A stretch of DNA of 14,417 nucleotides from Promethearchaeota archaeon (lineage in GTDB: Archaea > Asgardarchaeota > Lokiarchaeia > Sigyniarchaeales > SOKP01): assembly GCA_011364975.1 (NCBI GenBank), contig RDOE01000085.1:1-14417 (forward strand), in the 5' to 3' direction. Shown here piece by piece: positions 7,137-14,417 of this stretch. Within the stretch, counting starts at the first letter, position 1, and every line of letters begins with the position of its first letter. Both the position numbers and the translations under genes were made by a program. Below the pieces are notes generated by a model that searched no databases, was not told the origin of the DNA, and saw only the letters and a list, made by a program, of their open reading frames with translations.

Positions 7137-8897
7137 CTATTCAAAATCGGTTGACCAGTAGCAAGGATAGAAGTAAGCTTTCTGCATTCGATTTGTTGGA
7201 AATCCCATCAAATTTGTTCGCCAAGCATCATTATTGATAGGACAATATACATATGCCCATGGCATATCTTCTTCAACCAATAATTCTTGAATTCTGTTAT
7301 ATTGTTGTTCTCTCGTTACTTCATCTGTATTTAATAATGCAGCTTCCATTAGAAGTTGTACATTATCATTCAAACCAAAAGGATCTCTTAAAGCTTCTTT
7401 TGCAGAGAGATAACCGTTATATTGAACGCCATTAGACGCAACTGATCTATTTGTAAACAAGGGATTTATATAATTGCTAGGATCATTATAATCAGGTATC
7501 CAACCTAAGAAATATAATTGATTTAAATTTCGATATAATCCTGCTAACTCATATAAACTCAAAATAAATTGAGACCAGGTTGTACCAGCATCTTCTACTT
7601 TGATTCCTATTAATCCAAGGTTATTTATGAGAACAGCATACATATTTTCTCTCATATCATTTCCAATATTATATGTATAATTTACGGTTAAATAACTCGC
7701 TGCAGTCCATTCTGCTTCATTAGTTCCGGGATAATTAGTATCTAATCCGAGTCCATAACCCATACTTTGCATATACCCTCTAGCAGCAGCTATATCTGTA
7801 GTTGCTACGTTAAATGACCAATTTGCAAATGTTATTCCTTCTGGAATGGGAGATCTCAATCGAACAGCCTGTCCTTGTAATAACTCATCAATAATGAAAG
7901 TATAGTTTATTGCATGAGATATCGCTTTTCTTACGGTTGAATTTATCCAAAAATTATTCATACCTAAATATTGAATTCCTAATGTCTGATCTGCTACTTC
8001 TAAATGGACATCCGGATCTGCTTCAAATGTTGTGAGCATAGACGCCATAGGATCTATTACAAGATCTATGTCTCCTGACAATAATGCATTATTTCTGATC
8101 TGGGGATCATTTATTATTGAAAAAATTAAGGTATCACATTTTGCAGGAGCTCTCCAATAATAATCCCAAGAATGAAATCTTACTTCAACACCAGCTTCAT
8201 ATCCATCATAGACAAAAGGCCCAGTGCCAACTAAGTCACCAGTAGCAGTATCAATGACTTCATTGAATGGAGTTGAGGTTGGGGAGAGCATATAAGCAGC
8301 ATTAAATGTTAAAAGTGCTTCAAAAGCACCATATGGGACATTTAATACGAATCTTAGAATGTAATCGTCTAAAACTAAGGTTTTGTTTATAATAGGCGCA
8401 AATATAGCTGCGGTTTCACCGGTTGTTTCGTTAACTACATCAGTTCTAACATAATATTCGTAAAGTTCACCTGCTTTTGCTAAACCATGGTCCATGAAAT
8501 ATTGTAATCTATCAAAATTCCATTTCGCAACTTCAGCATCAAATTTAGTTCCATCATGAAACCAGACATCATCTCTTAATTCTACAGTGTAATTTGATCC
8601 ATCCCAAGTCCCAAAATCTGTTGCTAAAATCGGGATAATGGGTAAATTAGGATCAGTGAGATCATATTGAAATAATGCTTCAACTACTTGATCATGAACA
8701 TTAGTAGAGGCACTATCCCAAGAATCCATAGGATCTAAGTCAGCTGGTCCACTTTGGGTCCCAAAAATTATAGTTATTCCTAAATCGGGATATGTTTGGG
8801 CTGTTGGAATAAGTAATAAAATACCATTTCCTGTGATTGAAGCTACTGCGAGAACCGACAATAAAATGATTGCCCAATCTTTCTTTTCAAGGTCCAT
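7137..8897 (-). CDS. ABC transporter substrate-binding protein, family 5 (OppA/DppA-like), N-terminal membrane anchor
   Basis: LDP..SWD, VELRDDVWFHDGTKFDAEVAKWNFDR, VGTGPF, VRKAISHAIN, GWIPDYNDP and YNRIQELLVEEDMPW. No permease or ATPase genes in the window. Confidence 0.93.
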   Translation of the reverse strand: MDLEKKDWAIILLSVLAVASITGNGILLLIPTAQTYPDLGITIIFGTQSGPADLDPMDSWDSASTNVHDQVVEALFQYDLTDPNLPIIPILATDFGTWDGSNYTVELRDDVWFHDGTKFDAEVAKWNFDRLQYFMDHGLAKAGELYEYYVRTDVVNETTGETAAIFAPIINKTLVLDDYILRFVLNVPYGAFEALLTFNAAYMLSPTSTPFNEVIDTATGDLVGTGPFVYDGYEAGVEVRFHSWDYYWRAPAKCDTLIFSIINDPQIRNNALLSGDIDLVIDPMASMLTTFEADPDVHLEVADQTLGIQYLGMNNFWINSTVRKAISHAINYTFIIDELLQGQAVRLRSPIPEGITFANWSFNVATTDIAAARGYMQSMGYGLGLDTNYPGTNEAEWTAASYLTVNYTYNIGNDMRENMYAVLINNLGLIGIKVEDAGTTWSQFILSLYELAGLYRNLNQLYFLGWIPDYNDPSNYINPLFTNRSVASNGVQYNGYLSAKEALRDPFGLNDNVQLLMEAALLNTDEVTREQQYNRIQELLVEEDMPWAYVYCPINNDAWRTNLMGFPTNRMQKAYFYPCYWSTDFE

Positions 8898-9011
8898 ACT
8901 TAATTCACTTACTAATTTTTTTTAGATTTTTTTCTTAAATTAACGAATTTAGTTCCCAATCAGTATACTTTTTTTTCCACATCCTTTTTTAACATAATAT
9001 CGATTATATGT

Positions 9012-9066
9012 ATCCTGAGCAAATTATTGCTCAGGATTGGATTTAGAACTTAAGACTGGGTGTTGT
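9012..9066 (-). promoter_or_regulatory. Conserved hairpin/palindromic element, copy 2
   Basis: Perfect inverted repeat ATCCTGAGCAA(9012-9022)-ATTA-TTGCTCAGGAT(9027-9037), then TTGGATTTaGAActtAAGACTgggTGTTGT, matching copy 1 (699-724). Confidence 0.65.
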
Positions 9067-9092
9067 ATGTTATGAGATACAACTATATTAAT

Positions 9093-9146
9093 TTAAATCA
9101 TGTAAAAAGAAATAGATTTTTGCTCCGGACTACGTACATAGTTCAT
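9093..9146 (-). CDS. 17-aa small ORF MNYVRSPEQKSISFYMI, divergent from the intact wHTH-TPR regulator
   Basis: GGAGGT Shine-Dalgarno (9151-9156) 4 nt before ATG 9146; TAA at 9093-9095. Similar to the C-terminus of the 852..1112 protein, in the equivalent position. Confidence 0.55.
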   Translation of the reverse strand: MNYVRSPEQKSISFYMI

Positions 9147-9229
9147 ATTTACCTCCGAAGTATGGAGAATAAACAAAAGATATAAATTGACATAACTATC
9201 AATACATAATCTTTTAAGGGTAATGTGAA

Positions 9230-12196
9230 ATGATAAAGATAAGTAAGGCTGAAAACATTATATACCCCCCTCAAGAAGTATTAAATCCTAGGATGGGTAA
9301 AGATTATGATTATATTATTCTTTGGATGCTTTCTAATAATGATTTTTGTTCTTGGTCCGATTTAGCGGAAATTATTAGTACTTCAACACTTTCGGAACAT
9401 CTAAATAAATTACGTAACAAAGGTCTTATCCGTCATCCTAAATATAATTATTACGAAATAACCTTAGAAGGGAAAAATAAGTTTAGAAAGGTAACAAATA
9501 AAGGAATTAAAACACAAAAAAAAATTTTAATACCCCCAAAAGCAATTTTACGAAAAAGAAATTATGATCACTGGATACTTTGGATGTTGTACAATAACCA
9601 GAGCTGTCGTTGGTCCGATTTTAGAAAAGAACCTTTAGCTGTGAATCAATCTTCACTTTCTAAGAACTTGAGCTATCTTATCGAAAAACAATTAATAAAG
9701 AATGAAAATCGAAGATATAAAATCACTCAAAAAGGAAAAATCGAATATTTAAGTATCCTTAAATTCTATGAATTAGATAGACAATCAATCTTAGATGCTG
9801 AAGGAGAAAGAATAGATGCAATAACTGCTGATCTCTTTAAATTTTTTGACAAATTCACCATAAATGAAGATGATATAAGATTTAGATTTTTAAAATATGT
9901 TCTTAGAATGGATTATTCTAAAGTAGAGAACATTCTAAAAAATAAGGAAGATTATTATAAAATTCTATTATATTTAGCAATAAATCATCCAAATAATTAT
10001 CCTAAATTTATTTCATGTGAGGAATTTTCATATAAATATAAAATAAAAAATAATACTCTCAATTATTTTCTTGATAAAATTATAGAGGACAATCTTTTTC
10101 TTATTAAGTTCTTCAAGATAATCGATAACGCTTGTAGGATTTATTATTTTCAAGTAGGAGACAAAATCGAGAAGGATCTATGTAATATTGTCGAAGAAAA
10201 TATTATGAAATTCACATACTTAAAGAAATTAAAGATGATCAATAAAAATAGAGATCTTGGTTTAGATATCGACAAATTGGTAGACAATATTCTGACTGAT
10301 ATCTCTACAAAAACATTAGTCAAAGAATTGAAAGAATCATTAAGAAATTTACTCCCAGAATATATTAAATATTTAGCCTATAAGATTGGGGCTAAAAAAA
10401 ACCTATATAATAAAGTTGATAAATTAGAAAGTATCGCCATTCAAAAATTTTTTGATGTATTTCAATCAAATACCTCCCCTTTATTACAACGATTTACTAG
10501 TTCAAGGAACTCTTTATTTAGGGTCGATTTAACCATCCTTAAGAATTTAGACATTTTGTATATATCAAAAATCGACCTTATAAAAATTCCATTTTTTAAA
10601 AAATCTTTTTTCCCCGAAGATATTAAGTTACTGAATCATTTACTACATCTACTTATAAGAAGTAAGAAATTTAGTGCAGAACAATTATTGGAAAAGAATA
10701 GGTCAAAAATAAATAAATTACAGTATCTCATTCTAAAAGATCTCATAGTCACGTTTTTTAATGACTATAAAACCTCATTAAGTATCACTAACCAAATAAT
10801 AAGTCTTGATAAACGATCTCCTATTGGTTATCTATTAAAAGCATTAACTTATTTTAAAATGGGACGCTATTCTATAGCATTAAATAAAATTAAATACACA
10901 CTTGAAAGTTGGGATAAGGTATTTATTTCATTATTAAAAGCACAAATTCTTATCAAGATGGATAATCCAGAGAAAGCAATCCCTATAATAGGTTCATTAG
11001 AACTTAATAATCCCAACAACCTATATCTTTTACGCATAAAAATTCTTTTTCATATCTATTATCTTAAAAATGAACAGCCGATTTCAATTCAAGCATTAAC
11101 CCTTATAAATCAAGCATTAAAGGTCAGACCAAATAGTAAAATATTTCTAATTACAAAAGCAATGATATTATGTTTTCTAAAAAAACCAAAGGATGCTAAG
11201 AACCTGTTAATACGAAGTAATAGCCTTAATTTCTTTAAACCAAACGTATTATATGAACCAACCACATTTTTCATTATAATTATAAGTTATTTAATGCAGG
11301 GTAAGTTTAAACAATCTTTAGATTTAGTAAAAAAAGTTAACATTCATTACCCGGATAATATATATTCTGTATTAGCAGAAACAATTACTTTATTATATTC
11401 TTTTATGTTCAATCTTAAAAGAGATTCTCAAATGTCTCAACAACTTGTAGTTCTTTTAGATAAATTATCTACTATTGATTCTAACAAATCAAATCAATCG
11501 AGATACTGCATTCTTAAAAGTTATTTATATCTAAATGACAATCAAATCATTAATTCGATTCAAATTTTAGACGAAGGTATAAATCTTGATTCTGATAATA
11601 TGGATCTTTATTATTCAAAAATCTATACGCTAATAGCTTATAATAAACTTGAAAAGGCACTAGAAATTATCGATAAGTTGATGCTAATTAAGCCTCATAG
11701 AAAAAGAGAGTTATATTATACTAAATCGTTCCTTTATTATAAAGCAGGTAAATTAATTGAGGCTTTAAAGACTGTTAATCAAGGTTTAGAGTATTTTTTA
11801 GATGATGTTGGACTAATAAATAACAAAGCACTCTATTTAAAGGATTTAAAAAGAAAAGATGAAGCGATTGAAACAGCAAAAGAATTAATAAAATTAACTC
11901 CTGAAAATGCAATTTCATTTGATACATATGGAGAGATATTAATGGCGTTTGGGTATTATAAACAAGCAATAATTCAATTCAGGAAATCTCTACGATTAGA
12001 TCCTCAACTTTTGTATTCCTTTAGTAGTAACATAAATCTTGGAAAATGTTACAAAAATTTGGGGGATTATCAAAAATCAATTCATTATTTTCAGAGAGGT
12101 AAATTGTTAACAAACAAATTATTACCAATTGATAAAGAATTGTTCCTAAAGGATATTGATATTAATATCAAAGAACTAAATAAAATGTCCCAATAA
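9230..12196 (+). CDS. Tandem winged-helix + multi-TPR putative transcription regulator (988 aa)
   Basis: Two N-terminal wHTH repeats (IILWMLSNNDFCSWSDL..STSTLSEHLNKL..Y.IT.EG; HWILWMLYNNQSCRWSDF..NQSSLSKNL..Y.IT.KG) and a TPR-rich C-terminal half (FDTYGEILMAFGYYKQAIIQFRKSLRLDP; NLGKCYKNLGDYQKSIHYFQRG). Confidence 0.88.
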   Translation: MIKISKAENIIYPPQEVLNPRMGKDYDYIILWMLSNNDFCSWSDLAEIISTSTLSEHLNKLRNKGLIRHPKYNYYEITLEGKNKFRKVTNKGIKTQKKILIPPKAILRKRNYDHWILWMLYNNQSCRWSDFRKEPLAVNQSSLSKNLSYLIEKQLIKNENRRYKITQKGKIEYLSILKFYELDRQSILDAEGERIDAITADLFKFFDKFTINEDDIRFRFLKYVLRMDYSKVENILKNKEDYYKILLYLAINHPNNYPKFISCEEFSYKYKIKNNTLNYFLDKIIEDNLFLIKFFKIIDNACRIYYFQVGDKIEKDLCNIVEENIMKFTYLKKLKMINKNRDLGLDIDKLVDNILTDISTKTLVKELKESLRNLLPEYIKYLAYKIGAKKNLYNKVDKLESIAIQKFFDVFQSNTSPLLQRFTSSRNSLFRVDLTILKNLDILYISKIDLIKIPFFKKSFFPEDIKLLNHLLHLLIRSKKFSAEQLLEKNRSKINKLQYLILKDLIVTFFNDYKTSLSITNQIISLDKRSPIGYLLKALTYFKMGRYSIALNKIKYTLESWDKVFISLLKAQILIKMDNPEKAIPIIGSLELNNPNNLYLLRIKILFHIYYLKNEQPISIQALTLINQALKVRPNSKIFLITKAMILCFLKKPKDAKNLLIRSNSLNFFKPNVLYEPTTFFIIIISYLMQGKFKQSLDLVKKVNIHYPDNIYSVLAETITLLYSFMFNLKRDSQMSQQLVVLLDKLSTIDSNKSNQSRYCILKSYLYLNDNQIINSIQILDEGINLDSDNMDLYYSKIYTLIAYNKLEKALEIIDKLMLIKPHRKRELYYTKSFLYYKAGKLIEALKTVNQGLEYFLDDVGLINNKALYLKDLKRKDEAIETAKELIKLTPENAISFDTYGEILMAFGYYKQAIIQFRKSLRLDPQLLYSFSSNINLGKCYKNLGDYQKSIHYFQRGKLLTNKLLPIDKELFLKDIDINIKELNKMSQ

Positions 12197-12224
12197 AATT
12201 GATAATACCAAAAGGAACTTTCCT

Positions 12225-13064
12225 TTATTTTGATAAAAAGTTGTATAGAGCCTTATTAACGTCAGGTGCTTCTTCAATCATAAAAAAGTGTCCTCCATTG
12301 AATATCATTAATTCACTCTCAAAAATTTTTTCATGAATTAATTCACAAGAAAGTTTTGGTACGACCTTGTCATTCTCCCCCGCCATTATACATGTTTTAT
12401 TTTTAATCTTCTTTAAATCGTTGAGAGTATCATGATCAATTATAGCCTCAATCATATTTAATATATCTTGGGGCTTAGATGTTCCATTCTCATTCTCAAA
12501 ATCCATTAATTCTTTCGGTTTGAACAAATTATGATAAAGTTTATCGGGATTTTGAACCATTTCTTTATAGAATTCCCGGGAAAAACGCTGTTTCATCTTT
12601 TCCCAGAAGGCACTCTCTGGATCGTTCATTTTTTTATCATAAAAAGATAGTTGACTTTGTTTATACATTTCTAAGCCAGATTTACTTAATGGAAGATTGG
12701 CAAAAGTCGACATAAGGATTAATTTATTTAAATTTTCAGGATACTTTAAAGCAAAATGTTGAGCAATCATTCCTCCAAATGAATGTCCTGCTAGATTAAC
12801 TTTATCAACCTCTAAATAATCCATTAACGCTTTTACGTCATCTGCTAATAATTCCATAGAATAACCTCGCATTGGATGTTCTGTTTTACCACATCCACGA
12901 GAATCCAAACTAATTACTTTAAAATTCTTGGCTAAAGCCTCAATTTGCCATTTCCAGAACTCTTTATACATCGCAAAACCATGAAGGAGGATTAATGGAT
13001 ACCCTTCCCCCTGAATGGCATAACAAAGTCTAATCTCATTAATTTGAGCAAATAAATCTTTCAT
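12225..13064 (-). CDS. Alpha/beta-fold hydrolase (enol-lactonase/PcaD-like family)
   Basis: LLHGF oxyanion loop, DSRGCGKT, GHSFGG nucleophile elbow, GENDKVVP (Asp) and GGHFF (His). Confidence 0.93.
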   Translation of the reverse strand: MKDLFAQINEIRLCYAIQGEGYPLILLHGFAMYKEFWKWQIEALAKNFKVISLDSRGCGKTEHPMRGYSMELLADDVKALMDYLEVDKVNLAGHSFGGMIAQHFALKYPENLNKLILMSTFANLPLSKSGLEMYKQSQLSFYDKKMNDPESAFWEKMKQRFSREFYKEMVQNPDKLYHNLFKPKELMDFENENGTSKPQDILNMIEAIIDHDTLNDLKKIKNKTCIMAGENDKVVPKLSCELIHEKIFESELMIFNGGHFFMIEEAPDVNKALYNFLSK

Positions 13065-13105
13065 ATCTAAAGAGAGTTATAATTACTTCTTATTTATTTC
13101 TAATA

Positions 13106-14365
13106 TTAAAATACAAATTCTCCCTTTCGCATTATTGGTTCGATGGAATTATCATTCAAAATGCCATCAACATTCATTTCACCAGAACCAATCATAAAAT
13201 CTATGTGGATAAGGCTTGAATTTCCTCCAGCCTGTTGAAATTCTTTTTCAGACATCTTTTCTCCACCTTTTATGCTAGTTTTATATCCTCTCCCAAGAGC
13301 AATATGAATTGAGGCATTTTCATCTATGAGTGTATTATAAAAGAGCAGTCCTGATTTGGAAATAGGTGAACTATGGGGAACAAGAGCTATCTCGCCCAAA
13401 TATTGGGCACCTTCATCAATTTTTAAAGTATCTTGTAAAACCTTATTACCTTTTTTTGCAGTTGCTTCAATAATCCTCCCCTTAGAAAATTCTAAGGTCA
13501 TCCCTTCAATTAAAATACCCCCATAAAAAAGCGGTTTAGTAGAAGAAACAACACCTTCAGTTTTTTCTCTATGCGGTATTGTAAAAATTTCCTCAGTTGG
13601 AATATTCGGAATGAACTTAATCCCATTAAGCGTCACTTCAGTTCCTCCCTGCCAAACATGATTTTTTGGTAAGTCAATCACTAAATCTGTTCCTGGAGCA
13701 ACTAACTTTAGGCCGGAATATGATTTTTTATTAAGATAGTCACATCGGTTACGTAATAGACCAAGATGAGAATTCCATGCAACTATTGGATCATTTGTAG
13801 TTATACGGCAGATATCAAATATTCTTTTCCAAAGTTCCATTATTCTTTCTTCTGGAGGAAGATTTGGGAACAACTTATTAGCCCAACTTTTTACTGATGC
13901 TGAAATAACTGTCCAATTCATTGCATTCTTTGCAATGAGATCAGAAACGGGTTTATTGTATTTATAATAAGCTTTTTGAAATTCTGAAATAAGTTTTGGG
14001 TCTTCTTCCTTCAATAAGTCAGGATTTGTACCTAAAATGAAAAGATTTGCATTACCATCCTTACATATCTCATACTCAGCATCTAGCTTCCATTTTGGAT
14101 ACTCATTGAAAGAGTCTTTGGGAGCATTCTGAAACCTTATTAAGCGTAATTCTTCATCCCCCCACATAACATCGACTAGTTTACAGCCTAACTGATATGC
14201 CTTTTTTACTATTAAATGAATTAATCGAGCACATTCTAATGGAACACCATCATTGTAAGATGTAGGCGCCCCTATTAACAATTTTTGGCCCGATTGTAAA
14301 TTAAGCCCTACTTTTACAATTACTTCAGCATATTTTTCTAAATTCTTTTCAAATTCATAATTCAT
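13106..14365 (-). CDS. ampS: Aminopeptidase, peptidase family M29 (AmpS/PepS/aminopeptidase T-like)
   Basis: LEKYAEVIVKVGLNLQ.GQ, PNIPTEEIFT, LGEIALV, FYNTLIDENASIHIALG and NSSLIHIDFMIG. Confidence 0.93.
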   Translation of the reverse strand: MNYEFEKNLEKYAEVIVKVGLNLQSGQKLLIGAPTSYNDGVPLECARLIHLIVKKAYQLGCKLVDVMWGDEELRLIRFQNAPKDSFNEYPKWKLDAEYEICKDGNANLFILGTNPDLLKEEDPKLISEFQKAYYKYNKPVSDLIAKNAMNWTVISASVKSWANKLFPNLPPEERIMELWKRIFDICRITTNDPIVAWNSHLGLLRNRCDYLNKKSYSGLKLVAPGTDLVIDLPKNHVWQGGTEVTLNGIKFIPNIPTEEIFTIPHREKTEGVVSSTKPLFYGGILIEGMTLEFSKGRIIEATAKKGNKVLQDTLKIDEGAQYLGEIALVPHSSPISKSGLLFYNTLIDENASIHIALGRGYKTSIKGGEKMSEKEFQQAGGNSSLIHIDFMIGSGEMNVDGILNDNSIEPIMRKGEFVF

Positions 14366-14417
14366 AAGCTATCAAAACCTTATAATAGAGTTAAAATATT
14401 AATCGTATTACACGCCT

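Noticed and set aside
6551-7435. ORFs 6551..6781 (-) and 7253..7435 (+)
   Set aside because: Antisense shadows inside the MFS and SBP genes.
11775-11969. 64-aa - strand ORF
   Set aside because: Antisense to the TPR region of the 988-aa gene.
1-14417. Genome-wide UGA reassignment (code 4/25)
   Set aside because: Long genes contain no in-frame TGA and use TGG for Trp; only one interrupted gene was seen.
1-14417. CRISPR array, tRNA/rRNA, transposase or integrase
   Set aside because: No regularly spaced repeats, GC-rich structural RNA segments or mobile-element motifs were seen.

Overview
Very AT-rich window that is most likely from an Asgard archaeon (Lokiarchaeia/Promethearchaeota-like). This is inferred mainly from a gelsolin-domain protein and an orphan N-terminally anchored family-5 SBP. 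Ordinary genes: MBL-fold hydrolase, gelsolin + extra domain + Rho_N/HeH-like protein, DHA1-type MFS transporter, oligopeptide-type ABC substrate-binding protein, alpha/beta hydrolase and M29 aminopeptidase. The most notable structure is a cassette that occurs twice, about 8 kb apart. Each copy has a large tandem-winged-helix + TPR regulator on the + strand (1287-3713, broken by two frame disruptions; 9230-12196, intact). Each regulator has a divergent small ORF, and the two products end in similar C-termini (..MNNYKANLDRQALSIRKFMI* and MNYVRSPEQKSISFYMI*). Downstream of each small ORF is the same non-coding element, CCTGAGCA-N6-TGCYCAGG plus a conserved flank. Two tiny ORFs with strong Shine-Dalgarno sites (17 aa and 22 aa) are absent from the ORF track. 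The layout resembles a peptide-ligand / HTH-TPR receptor (RRNPP-like) system, but that function is a hypothesis. A small membrane protein gene at the left edge is interrupted by an in-frame TGA.
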